This document shows positions 38,050 through 47,531 of a stretch of 64,000 bases of DNA, piece after piece; the stretch's first letter is position 1, and each line of letters starts with the position of its first letter. The stretch spans positions 1,856,001 to 1,920,000 of the forward strand of contig OY820591.1 of assembly GCA_963555985.3 (NCBI GenBank), in the 5' to 3' direction. Source of the DNA: Dehalococcoidia bacterium. GTDB lineage: Bacteria > Chloroflexota > Dehalococcoidia > Bin125. A program made the translations under genes and the position numbers. The notes under the pieces were generated by a model, which was not told where the DNA came from, searched no databases, and saw nothing but the letters and a program-made list of their open reading frames with translations.

Positions 38050-39185
38050 TGACAGACCTGCACGCGCCCGTTCTGGAGACCGCGCTTGGCCGCATCACCT
38101 GCGCCGACTCGCGCGACATGCTCGCGGACTACCCCGACGGCTCGGTCGATTGCATCCTCACCAGTCCGCCCTTCGGACTGGTGCGCAAGAAGGCATACGG
38201 CAACGTCGACGCCGCCGACTACCTCGATTGGTTCGCCTCCTTCGCATCGGAGTTTCACCGCGTCTTGACTGAAAACGGCAGCCTGGTGATCGACATCGGC
38301 GGTGCCTGGAATCGCGGAATGCCGACCCGCAGCCTCTACCACTTCAAGTTGGTCGTCATGCTCTGCGAACAGTTCGGGTTTCATCTTGCGCAAGAGTTCT
38401 ACTGGTGGAATCCGTCCAAGCTGCCCAGCCCGGCGGAGTGGGTGACGGTGCGCCGCATTCGCGTCAAAGACGCAGTGAACACGGTCTGGTGGCTATCGAA
38501 AACACCCTGGCCCAAGGCGAGCAACCGCCGCGTCCTCCAGCCCTATAGCGACAGTATGCAAGACCTCTTGGCCAACGGATATCGCCCGATGCGGCGACCG
38601 TCCGGCCACGACATCAGCGACAAGTTCGCCGCCGACAACGGGGCCGCGATCCCACCGAACCTGATCGCGATCCCAAACACCGAGAGCAATGGGAGCTACC
38701 AGCGCTACTGCAAAGAGCGCGGCTTCAGACCGCATCCTGCCAGGTTCCCGGCAAAATTGCCCGAGTACTTCGTGCGCATGTTGACAAACCCCGGCGACCT
38801 AGTTGTCGATCCGTTCGCCGGCAGCTGCGTCACCGGAGAGGTCTGCGAACGGTTGGGACGCCGTTGGCATTGCATCGAGCTCGATCCCGAGTATTGCGAG
38901 GGCGCAAAGGGGCGATTCTTGGGACAATCCGACCTTCCCAACGTTGAGAGAAAAGCTGGCAAGTCAGGCGCGACCCGCTACCAGATCCCCGCGCCGGGAC
39001 TCCTCTGGGCCGAACTCGACGAAGAGCCGCTTCATCCCGACGGTGGAATCAACCGGCCCAGGCGGAAGCAGGACGCCTCGGCCTCTCCACCAAATGGCGT
39101 CTCAGAACGAGCTGGCGACTTGGAGTATGTCGAAGGCGCCTATGCCCCGCGAATGCTCAAAGAGCCTCAACCACAGGAGGAATAG
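38049..39185 (+). CDS. Beta-class DNA methyltransferase, PvuII/SfiI-like (probable N4-cytosine)
   Basis: TSPPF, WWNPSKLPSPAEWV..RRIRVKD, HPARFP and DPFAGS. Confidence 0.9.
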   Translation: MTDLHAPVLETALGRITCADSRDMLADYPDGSVDCILTSPPFGLVRKKAYGNVDAADYLDWFASFASEFHRVLTENGSLVIDIGGAWNRGMPTRSLYHFKLVVMLCEQFGFHLAQEFYWWNPSKLPSPAEWVTVRRIRVKDAVNTVWWLSKTPWPKASNRRVLQPYSDSMQDLLANGYRPMRRPSGHDISDKFAADNGAAIPPNLIAIPNTESNGSYQRYCKERGFRPHPARFPAKLPEYFVRMLTNPGDLVVDPFAGSCVTGEVCERLGRRWHCIELDPEYCEGAKGRFLGQSDLPNVERKAGKSGATRYQIPAPGLLWAELDEEPLHPDGGINRPRRKQDASASPPNGVSERAGDLEYVEGAYAPRMLKEPQPQEE

Positions 39186-39237
39186 TCGACTCGCCTCAAC
39201 CAAACTGTGACCCCCGCAACATTCCGCCAATCCCGCT

Positions 39238-39490
39238 CCTGAAACAGAACACATATACGTATATGATTGGCTGTAGCCAACGCCCCGTCCGCAATCAACA
39301 GAACCTGCCATGATCGCCAGAAACCGCTCGAACTACCCAACACATACCCGAAAGAACCCAAACAAGCCCGAACACTCCCGAACGGAATCGAACAGAATCG
39401 AACGCATCCGAACACAATCGGACACCCTGGCTGCGAATTCCTCGCCCACAACAGCAAATTCGCCGCCGTCGCCCGGAAATTCCCCAACGC
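39238..39490 (+). repeat. Dispersed promoter + 10-nt-period element, copy B
   Basis: CTGAAA-17-TATGAT, then CCTGCCATGA, then eight 10-nt units centred on CGAAC (39347-39426), then ATTCGC..TCGCCC.GAAATTCCCC; homologous to 50845-51110 on the minus strand. Confidence 0.75.
39239..39267 (+). promoter_or_regulatory. sigma70-like promoter with SOS-box-like motif in the spacer
   Basis: -35 CTGAAA, 17-nt spacer containing GAAC-ACAT-ATAC, -10 TATGAT. Confidence 0.5.
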
Positions 39491-39557
39491 ATCCCAGGCA
39501 AACCCGCAACCGCACCGATCCACACAGATCGTCGTCTGTATGAACGGGATCTAGACC

Positions 39558-40565
39558 ATGCACTACCGAATCCCTGAAACTGCGGAGTGGCCCTCTGAAT
39601 TCGCCGACCGCATCGTCGCCGGGGATGCGGCGGCGCGCCTGCGCGACCTCCCCGACAACTGCATCGCTCTGGCGGTCACCAGCCCGCCCTACTGGGATGT
39701 GGTCGACTACGGCGTCCACGGACAGCTAGGACAGGCCAGTTACGAGCGCTACCTGGAGCAGCTGCTCGCGGTCTGGCGCGAAACGGCGCGGGTGCTCATC
39801 CCGAACGGGAAGCTCGCCGTCGTCACCCCGATCATGCCCATCCCCAAAAGCCAAATCAGCGACCAGCACACCCGCCATCTCAAGAACATCGCCGCAGATA
39901 TCGAGGCGAGCATCCTCCGCGAGATCGCCGACTTGCACCGCTACAGCCTCTTCGTCTGGAAGAAGCAGACCACCACCAAGATGTTCGGCAGCTACCCCTA
40001 TCCGCCGAACATCTACGAGGACAACACGATCGAGTTCATCAACGTCTACGTCAAAGCCGGCGCCCCGCCCGCAATCCCCAAAGCGGCGAAGGAACGCAGC
40101 AAGCTCTCACAGGAAGAGTGGCTCAATCTCTCCATGCAGATCTGGCCCATCTACCCGCAAGATGTCCAGCGAGCCGGCGGGCATCCAGCCCCATTTCCGG
40201 TTGTACTGCCGCAACGACTGATCGCGATGTACACATTCGCCGCCGACCCCGCCCACAGCTTCGCCGGCGACATCGTGCTCGACATGTTCAACGGCTCAGG
40301 CGCGACCACACTGGCCGCGAAAACCATGCAGCGCCGCTGGCTCGGCATCGATCTGCATCCGGGCTACTGCGAATACGCCGAGAACCGCTTGCGCTCCGAG
40401 TACGTAAACCCCCAAGGACTCATTCTCGACGGACATCGAGTCCTGGCCGCGACGGGCGGGACAACGCCGTCTCAGTTTCCGAAACCCGAACCCGGCTCGC
40501 GTCAATCCGAACTGTTCGGCAGCAAGAGCGCAAGCTCGAAGTCCAACATCGCAGCCGCAGACTGA
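39558..40565 (+). CDS. Beta-class DNA methyltransferase (SPPY, probable N4-cytosine)
   Basis: VTSPPYW, HPAPFP and VLDMFNGSGAT. Confidence 0.9.
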   Translation: MHYRIPETAEWPSEFADRIVAGDAAARLRDLPDNCIALAVTSPPYWDVVDYGVHGQLGQASYERYLEQLLAVWRETARVLIPNGKLAVVTPIMPIPKSQISDQHTRHLKNIAADIEASILREIADLHRYSLFVWKKQTTTKMFGSYPYPPNIYEDNTIEFINVYVKAGAPPAIPKAAKERSKLSQEEWLNLSMQIWPIYPQDVQRAGGHPAPFPVVLPQRLIAMYTFAADPAHSFAGDIVLDMFNGSGATTLAAKTMQRRWLGIDLHPGYCEYAENRLRSEYVNPQGLILDGHRVLAATGGTTPSQFPKPEPGSRQSELFGSKSASSKSNIAAAD

Positions 40566-40575
40566 GCGCGGCCGC

Positions 40576-41295
40576 TCACACCCCGTACTCGCGCGCCAGA
40601 CCGTCCAGCAGATCCACTACCAGCTGCGGAGCCGAGAAGAACGGACTGTGATCCGTGCCCCACTCGACAATCCGATCCGCCCGCCGCGCCTGGATGCGCT
40701 GGCCCTCGGGTGTCAGGCAGCGATCCTCCGCGCATACCACGTACGTGGTCGGAACCTTCTCGTAGGCGAGTTCGCGCGGTGGCGTGATCGTCACACCGTG
40801 CATGTCGTCTGGAACCAGCGAGGCGACCGCAAACTCGTAGTCCTCGTCCGAGCACTGGTGATAGAACGTGTTGCGCAGCGCCTCCGCCTTGACCGTCACC
40901 GAACCGTCCTCCGCCGGCACCAGCAGTTCGATCAAATGCGGCGGCACCAATTCCTCCGGGTAGCCGCCCTCGGCGTCGGGCATCATCGCCGTCAGATAGA
41001 CCAGATGCTTGACTCGCTCGTCGCCAAGCGGCGCGACCGTGAGCACATTGCCCCCGAACGAGTGCCCCATCATCACGATCGGCCCCTCAATCCCGGCCAT
41101 CTGCTCGCGTGTCATTTGCTCGTTCTCGTCCGAGTCGTCCGCGCCGCGCAGCGGATCGCCGCGCCGCCGGTCAATGCAGAGTGTCGGCACCCCGCGCGCT
41201 TCCAGTCCCTCGACCACCTTGTTCCAACACCACGGACCGTGCCAGGCGCCGTGCACCAGCACCACCGTCGCAGGCGTCGTCGATGAAGTCGTCAT
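40576..41295 (-). CDS. Alpha/beta hydrolase (Abhydrolase_6, esterase-like)
   Basis: VLVHGAWHG, GHSFGG nucleophile elbow, D and HSPF triad residues. Confidence 0.9.
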   Translation of the reverse strand: MTTSSTTPATVVLVHGAWHGPWCWNKVVEGLEARGVPTLCIDRRRGDPLRGADDSDENEQMTREQMAGIEGPIVMMGHSFGGNVLTVAPLGDERVKHLVYLTAMMPDAEGGYPEELVPPHLIELLVPAEDGSVTVKAEALRNTFYHQCSDEDYEFAVASLVPDDMHGVTITPPRELAYEKVPTTYVVCAEDRCLTPEGQRIQARRADRIVEWGTDHSPFFSAPQLVVDLLDGLAREYGV

Positions 41296-41315
41296 GCTTG
41301 TACTCCAAGTCTGAG

Positions 41316-41876
41316 TTAAGACGGAAATCGATCCGTCGTCTCCGGTTCAAACTGCACGCCGAACGAATTCAGCGCCATCGAAACGATGTGGTACTGGCCA
41401 ACGGTAAAGACGGCATCCATGAGCTGCTGGACGGAGTAGCGCTCGGCGAGCGCATCCCAAGTCTCGTCGCTGATGAAGGCGTCGTCGTGGAGCTCGTCGG
41501 CTGCGCGCAGCAAGGTCGCCTCGAAAGCGTCCCAACCCTCAGCGTCCGGACCGTCGGCGACGCGCCGAATCTCATCATCGCTGAGTCCCACCGAGCGTCC
41601 GAACCGGCTGTGCTGGGCGAACTCGTACTCCGACTGGCAGTTCCAGCCGGTGCGCAGGATCAGCAGTTCGCGCTCGCGCGGGGGAAGCGAGGTATCACGC
41701 ATGATGTGTTGGCTGAACGCCTGTCGCGCGCGGGCGAGCGCCGGATACTGGGCGATGGTGCGCTGGACATTCAGCGGCGGGCGTCCGCCGAACGAGGCGG
41801 CCGCGAGCGCCTCGCGCTGTTCCTCGGTCGCTTCGTCATCCTGGACAGGCGGGATGCGCGGTTTGGAGAGTCGCAT
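41316..41876 (-). CDS. Carboxymuconolactone decarboxylase/AhpD family protein
   Basis: LPPRERELLILR......SEYEFAQH, LLRAADELH and FTVGQY. Confidence 0.88.
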   Translation of the reverse strand: MRLSKPRIPPVQDDEATEEQREALAAASFGGRPPLNVQRTIAQYPALARARQAFSQHIMRDTSLPPRERELLILRTGWNCQSEYEFAQHSRFGRSVGLSDDEIRRVADGPDAEGWDAFEATLLRAADELHDDAFISDETWDALAERYSVQQLMDAVFTVGQYHIVSMALNSFGVQFEPETTDRFPS

Positions 41877-41900
41877 CGGCGTCTCCGCCAATCAAATGCC

Positions 41901-41977
<77 letters not shown>

Positions 41978-42032
41978 ACGCTAGGCAGCGTAGCATCGCG
42001 CGGCCTGAGCGGGGGCGGGCTAGAATACGGTC

Positions 42033-42311
42033 ATGGCTCTTGACCGACTCCGATTCCACAACATCCTCGTGCAAGAAATGGACGCGCCCCCCAATGCGGC
42101 GACCGGGCTGGCTGAAGTTGTTGATGAGGGCATCAAAGACGCCACCGACAACCTGGCCACGAAGCAGGACTTGGAATTGCTGCGCCTCCAAGTCCTCAGT
42201 GCATTCCACGAAGAGATGACTAGGCAACTCCGTTGGCTCCTCGCTGCCGGAGTCACAATTGGCGGCGCAATCATTGCGCTCCTGATCGCCCTTATTGCCC
42301 GCGGCGGCTAA
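42033..42311 (+). CDS. DUF1640/CCDC90-like membrane-anchored protein
   Basis: LATKQDL neck, short stalk and C-terminal TM helix. Confidence 0.7.
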   Translation: MALDRLRFHNILVQEMDAPPNAATGLAEVVDEGIKDATDNLATKQDLELLRLQVLSAFHEEMTRQLRWLLAAGVTIGGAIIALLIALIARGG

Positions 42312-42766
42312 TCAGCCGACGGACGCTTGAGCATCATCCCTGCACGGCGGCAGCGAAGCACCAGTTCCCCGCGCTGATTATGAGCGCGGTGCTCGAAAGT
42401 GACGATCCCGCGATCGGGGCGGCTGCGCGACTCGCGGCGCTCGATCACTTCAGTCTCGCAGGTGAGCGTGTCGCCGATGAAGACCGGACTCGGGAACGTG
42501 GTCTGATCGAAGCCGAGGTTGCCCAAGGTCGTGCCCAGGGTCGTATCTGCGACCGAGAGTCCGACGGCCAGTCCGAGCGTGAAGATGCTGTTGACGATCC
42601 GCTGACCGTACTGTGTGCCCCCGGCGAACTCCGCATCGAGATGCAGCGGCTGCGCGTTGTGCGTGAGCGCCGTGAAGAGCAGGTTGTCAGCCTCGGTCAC
42701 CGTACGCGAGGGCTGATGCTGGATCACCAGCCCGGGTTCGAGCTCTTCAAACCAGAGTCCGGGCAT
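42308..42766 (-). CDS. MaoC family dehydratase
   Basis: RTVTEADN..F...T.N.QPLHLD and PVFIGDTL. Confidence 0.92.
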   Translation of the reverse strand: MPGLWFEELEPGLVIQHQPSRTVTEADNLLFTALTHNAQPLHLDAEFAGGTQYGQRIVNSIFTLGLAVGLSVADTTLGTTLGNLGFDQTTFPSPVFIGDTLTCETEVIERRESRSRPDRGIVTFEHRAHNQRGELVLRCRRAGMMLKRPSAD

Positions 42767-42786
42767 AGCGCCTCTCGTTCCCGCGT

Positions 42787-43494
42787 CTAGCCGAAGCGAG
42801 CCATGTCGTCGGCTGCGTACTGGGCGACAGCATGGTCGGCTTGGGCAGTCTCGGCAAGGCGCGTCAACAGCGATCCGAGCTGGTCGGCGGGGATCGCGCA
42901 GGTCATTTCGGCGTTCGGCATGCCGGTACGCACGCGCGAAAGCTGACAGCCAACCGAGGCCGCCATCTCACCCGCCTTGGCGATCGCAATGATGTGACAC
43001 TGCGGCTTGCCCTCGATCCGCAGGTCGGGGAAGGCGTCGTGCAGCACCATCAGCTGGCGTCCGGTGATGCGGATCAGCACCACATTGGGGTCAGTTGCCT
43101 CCGCAAGCGGTCCGTAGACCACTTCCTCCGGCGTCTCCTCAACCACGGGAAGACCCATCGCAGCCTCCGGTGTGACCCAGCCGGACTCGAGCAGCGCGCC
43201 CACATCGCCGTTCTCGAGCACATCGGTGAGCTTGAGAAAGCCGTGCGTGACCGAGCCGACCGAGCAGTTGGCATGGTCTTGTGCGACGGTTGAGAAGGTG
43301 CGGTCAGCCGCGTGCGTCCAGAACACACAGCCGGCGGGGACGCGCCCGGTGCGTCCGTCCGCAGCCGGTTCCGGCATCGGCAAGTCGAAACCGTCGATCC
43401 CCGACGCCTCAGCGTGAAACGAGATTCCGAGGGGCGCATTCGCCAGGCCGAGCGCGCTCTGGAGCTGATCAGCGAGGTCGGTCCAGTTGGTCAT
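42787..43494 (-). CDS. DUF169 family protein
   Basis: Conserved Cys pattern: GCVFW, HANCSVG, KPQC, SVGC..SR. Confidence 0.75.
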   Translation of the reverse strand: MTNWTDLADQLQSALGLANAPLGISFHAEASGIDGFDLPMPEPAADGRTGRVPAGCVFWTHAADRTFSTVAQDHANCSVGSVTHGFLKLTDVLENGDVGALLESGWVTPEAAMGLPVVEETPEEVVYGPLAEATDPNVVLIRITGRQLMVLHDAFPDLRIEGKPQCHIIAIAKAGEMAASVGCQLSRVRTGMPNAEMTCAIPADQLGSLLTRLAETAQADHAVAQYAADDMARFG

Positions 43495-44807
43495 TGAGAG
43501 CTGCTTTCCGGCGCGGCTTCCGCCTGCGTCGTGCGGGGCAGGCGGAAGGCTTCGCGCAATGTCGGCACGATGTTACGCCAGTACTGCGAGACCATCAACG
43601 CTGCGATCGCGAGATAGATAATCCCGAACACGATTCTGGGGGTGTTGTTCTCCTGCAAGAAGAACTGCGTGATCAGCTGGGCCAGGAACAGACTGAGCAG
43701 GGCGACCCCCGCTCTCGCTGTGAGGCGTCGATCGATGATCAGCATCACGCCAAACACTGACTGGGCGGCGGTGATGAACACCTCGGCGCGCTGGACGTCA
43801 CTGGAGGCAATCCCGCTCACTGCGCCGCCGGCCGCGACAAAGGCGATCGGTATTGAGGCAATCAGCAGCGTCCATTGGTTGACTTTGCTCGAAATCAGCA
43901 TATTGACGCCGAGACCCGCCGAGCCTCGCCAGACCAGATAGAGCGCGGCCAGAAACTCGGGCGACTCCGAGGCGAGCGGCGCGATCCACTGGATTACGAA
44001 AAACTCGCCGATCCCAATGTCTCGGCCAACCTGTTCGAGGCCGTGGACAAACGGCTCGGCCGACATCGCGATCACGAGCGCTGAGTAGGCGATGATCAGG
44101 GAAACGACGACCCGTCGGCGTGCGGTGGGCAAATTGCCGATCCGCGCAGCGGGCCCCTCAAGTTCGGGTTCCTCGACGGGCGAACGAGTCAAGCGAATCA
44201 CGTACCAGAAAAAGAGCAGCCCCAGGACGACCGTGTCTTCAATCGCGAGCCGGCCCTTGGCCACGATCACGAAGGAATAGACCGAGGCGACCAGGAGAAT
44301 GCCGATGTCCAGGCCGATGCCTCCCGGCAAAGTGAGCAGCGGCTCTTCCGGGTCCGGGTCGCGACGACGGAGGAAGTGCCAGGAACTTCTGGCAGCGCCG
44401 ACGACGATCTTGCGCGGGCCGCCGCGTTTCCAGGCGAAGAGGAAAATCACCATCGCCCAACCGACGCCGAGCAGCAGTCGATTGGCGCCGGTCATGTTGG
44501 CCAGCGCAAGCTCGTCCTTGCCGGGAATGCCTTTGCCGGCTTCCCAGGCGAGCAGCAGGTCAACCGCGTACTCGGGCAAGACGGCGATAAACGCGACCAG
44601 GGCGACCGACAGCGCCGCCGGGATGTCGTGCTGCGCCGCTTCCGCCCCCGTCGAAATCAGAAACGCCGCCGACAGAATCCCGACGCCGAAGATCGCGACC
44701 TGTGGCTCGGTGTCGAGGTGGATGCCGCCGATGCGGAAGATCAGCGCCGGCAGCCCGACAAGGGCGGCCCCGATCAGCAGCGTCCAGGAGGATCGGAGTT
44801 GCACCAA
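43491..44807 (-). CDS. Ca2+/cation antiporter (CaCA, Na+/Ca2+ exchanger family)
   Basis: alpha-1 repeat AVLPEYAVD..ANMTGAN, alpha-2 repeat PLASESPE..SSKVNQ and multiple TM helices. Confidence 0.88.
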   Translation of the reverse strand: MVQLRSSWTLLIGAALVGLPALIFRIGGIHLDTEPQVAIFGVGILSAAFLISTGAEAAQHDIPAALSVALVAFIAVLPEYAVDLLLAWEAGKGIPGKDELALANMTGANRLLLGVGWAMVIFLFAWKRGGPRKIVVGAARSSWHFLRRRDPDPEEPLLTLPGGIGLDIGILLVASVYSFVIVAKGRLAIEDTVVLGLLFFWYVIRLTRSPVEEPELEGPAARIGNLPTARRRVVVSLIIAYSALVIAMSAEPFVHGLEQVGRDIGIGEFFVIQWIAPLASESPEFLAALYLVWRGSAGLGVNMLISSKVNQWTLLIASIPIAFVAAGGAVSGIASSDVQRAEVFITAAQSVFGVMLIIDRRLTARAGVALLSLFLAQLITQFFLQENNTPRIVFGIIYLAIAALMVSQYWRNIVPTLREAFRLPRTTQAEAAPESSSQ

Positions 44808-44859
44808 GCCAGCCTATTCCACCGATCCCTCAACGATCAGCGAGACATCGGGGCTACGC

Positions 44860-45392
44860 TCAGTCCGTAACCAGCCGCTGAGCTAGTTCACGCGCTGCGG
44901 TTACGCCCAATCCGCGCAGCCGTACGATCTTGTGATCACTGCCGCGTACTCCGATCACCACCCACTCCGGACTGGATTGGAAAGTCTCGGACCGAATCGC
45001 TTCGTCGTCCTGACGATACTGCTCAACCGCGTGTCGTACGTCTTCCATCTCAGTATCGAGAGCGACTGCGGTACGCGCGCCCAACAGCAACAGAGTGATT
45101 TCGCGCATGGTCATCAACTTCGCAGACGAGAATCGGTTCGCATTCAGTTGCAGCATTGGCGCGGCCTGATCAACGGAATACAACAGCGAAACTTGGCCAG
45201 ACTCGATTCTGAGATAGGCGGAAATGGCATCCGTTCGCAGTTCCGGCGTGGGGTACAGATCGTCCTGTTCGATGGGTTGAAACGACGCATCGAATGGGTC
45301 GGCGCTTTCGGTTTGCGAGGCCGGCTCAGCAGACTCGCCGTTGCGGTTCCAGCTTCAGTTTGCGGCTGCATCTGCTCGCGAGTCTCGAGCAC
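44860..45392 (-). pseudogene. Hypothetical gene interrupted by a probable frameshift near 45340-45350
   Basis: Strong RBS AAGGAGG precedes GTG 45392 (MLETREQMQPQTEAG). The protein-like frame (...DPFDASFQPIEQDDLYPTPELRTD...LVTD*) is offset and has an in-frame TGA just upstream. Confidence 0.5.
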
Positions 45393-45422
45393 TTTGCCTT
45401 CCTCCTTCGATGCACAACCGTA

Positions 45423-47531
45423 CTAGATTGTAGCTAGCTCTTGCAGCACCTCCGACAGCGCCTCTTCCCACTCCGCTTCCGCTAGTCGTCGTGTCGGTGT
45501 GTACCTCAGCTGCGTACGACCTACGGATACTTGCGAGGGCATCGAGAGCCCTCGCTGTCGCGGTGTGAAGCTGAGACCGGGCGCGAGCCGAATGACCACC
45601 GCATCCGACTCGTATTGGATGCTCGCTGCCCCAATTCGCGCTGCTTGGGTCTTCAGTTTGACTGCGCCGAGCAGGTTCGACGCCGGCAGCGGCAGGGCGC
45701 CGAACCGATCTTCGAGCTCCTGCTCGATTGCTTCGACCATCTCGGCTGTTTCGGCCGCCGCTAGCCGCTGATAGACGGTCATGCGCAGACCGAGATCCTC
45801 GACGTAGGTCGTGGGCAGATAGCGCGGGAGGGGGAGGTCGATGCTGACCTGCGGACCCTGGCGAGGTTGGGGCGGCGGTTTGCGCTCGCGTTTGGCTTTG
45901 GCTTGCTCGACTGCTTCCGCCAGCAGCTGGGTGAAGAGCGTGAATCCGACCGCTCCGATGTGGCCCGACTGTTGCTGACCGAGTAGATTGCCCGCGCCGC
46001 GAATCTCCAGGTCTCGAAGTGCGAGCTGAAAGCCCGCGCCGAGTTCTGAGGCGTCCAGGATCGCGGCGAGCCGGCGTTGGGCGGTTTCGCTGAGCGAGCG
46101 ATAGGGCGCGGTCATCAGATAGGCGTAGGCGCGAACACTGGCGCGGCCGACCCTCCCACGCAGTTGATAGAGCTGGGCCAGACCGAGCCGTTCGGCGCGG
46201 TCGATGATGATCGTGTTGACGCGGGGAATATCGAGTCCCGACTCAATAATCGTTGAGCAAACCAGTACATCCGCTTCGCCGTGCGTGAACTTGTGCATGG
46301 TTCGGCGCAGAATTGAAGGCGACATCTGGCCGTGAGCGATCAGGAAACTCGCCTCTGGGACGAGTTCGCGCAGCCGACGCGTCTCCAGCTCGATCGTGCG
46401 TACCTCGTTGTAGAGAAAGTACGTCTGCCCTCCGCGATCGCGTTCGCGCAGGATTGCCTCGCGGATCACGCTCTCGTCGCGTTCCATTACCTGCGTGTGG
46501 ATGGGCAAGCGCTCTTCGGGCGGCGTCGCGATCGTGGACATGTCGCGGATACCGGTCACGGCCTGGTGGAGCGAGCGCGGGATCGGGGTGGCGGTGAGCG
46601 TGAGCACATCAACCTCGCGCCGGAGGCGCTTGAGCGCCTCTTTGTGGACGACGCCGAAGCGTTGCTCCTCGTCGATGATCACGAGCCCGAGGTCTCTAAA
46701 CGCGACATCTTTCTGAATCAGGCGATGAGTGCCAATCACCAGATCGATCGCGCCGGATTTGAGGCCGGCCAGCACTTCTCGCTCTTCAGCCGGCGTGCAC
46801 TGCCGTGAGAGCAAGGCGACGCGGACATTCATCGCGGCCAGACGCTCGCTGAACGTGTCGAAATGCTGTTGGGTGAGCACAGTCGTGGGGACGAGCATGG
46901 CCACCTGGTGACCCGACATGATCGCCTTAAACGCAGCCCGCACCGCAATCTCGGTCTTGCCGTAGCCGACATCTCCGACGATCAGCCGATCCATCGGCTT
47001 GGCGGCCTCCTGATCGGCGCGAACTTCTTCAATCGCTTGATGCTGGTCGGGCGTCTCGATGTAGGGGAACGAAGCTTCGAGTTCGATCTGCCAGGGGCTG
47101 TCGGGATCGATCTCGATCCCGGGCATGGTCTCGCGGGCTGCGTGCAATTCGAGCAAGTCTTCTGCGATCTCAATGACCGCGCCGCGAACGCGCTGTTTGG
47201 CGCGAGTCCACTGCTGGGTACCAAGCCGGGTGAGGGTTGGCGGCTGGTCGGACGGACCTACATAGGGCTGGACGCGGTGCAGCTGATCGCTGGGCACGAG
47301 CAGACGGTCGCCCTGGGCGTAGCGAAGATCGAGATACTCGCCGGTTCGTCCCGCGATCTCTTCAAGCACGACGCCATGGAATTTGGCGATGCCGGAGTCG
47401 ACGTGGACGACGAAGTCGCCGGGTTGCAGGGTTTCGAGCAGGTGTGGATCGGCAGTGCGGACAGCGCGGCGCGATGTCGCGCGGCGTTGGCGCTGGCGAG
47501 TGAAGCCGAAGATTTCGGTGTCGGTGATCAC
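45423..47531 (-). CDS. mfd: Transcription-repair coupling factor, C-terminal part (RID, translocase, TRCF domains)
   Basis: GDFVVHVDSGI, ETPDQ, GDVGYGKTE, DEEQRFG, TATPIPR, QLRGRVGR and DLEIRGAGNLLG. Confidence 0.92.
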   Translation of the reverse strand: MITDTEIFGFTRQRQRRATSRRAVRTADPHLLETLQPGDFVVHVDSGIAKFHGVVLEEIAGRTGEYLDLRYAQGDRLLVPSDQLHRVQPYVGPSDQPPTLTRLGTQQWTRAKQRVRGAVIEIAEDLLELHAARETMPGIEIDPDSPWQIELEASFPYIETPDQHQAIEEVRADQEAAKPMDRLIVGDVGYGKTEIAVRAAFKAIMSGHQVAMLVPTTVLTQQHFDTFSERLAAMNVRVALLSRQCTPAEEREVLAGLKSGAIDLVIGTHRLIQKDVAFRDLGLVIIDEEQRFGVVHKEALKRLRREVDVLTLTATPIPRSLHQAVTGIRDMSTIATPPEERLPIHTQVMERDESVIREAILRERDRGGQTYFLYNEVRTIELETRRLRELVPEASFLIAHGQMSPSILRRTMHKFTHGEADVLVCSTIIESGLDIPRVNTIIIDRAERLGLAQLYQLRGRVGRASVRAYAYLMTAPYRSLSETAQRRLAAILDASELGAGFQLALRDLEIRGAGNLLGQQQSGHIGAVGFTLFTQLLAEAVEQAKAKRERKPPPQPRQGPQVSIDLPLPRYLPTTYVEDLGLRMTVYQRLAAAETAEMVEAIEQELEDRFGALPLPASNLLGAVKLKTQAARIGAASIQYESDAVVIRLAPGLSFTPRQRGLSMPSQVSVGRTQLRYTPTRRLAEAEWEEALSEVLQELATI

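Noticed and set aside
39347-39426. CRISPR array
   Set aside because: Units are 10 nt, degenerate and contiguous with no unique spacers, and no cas genes are present.
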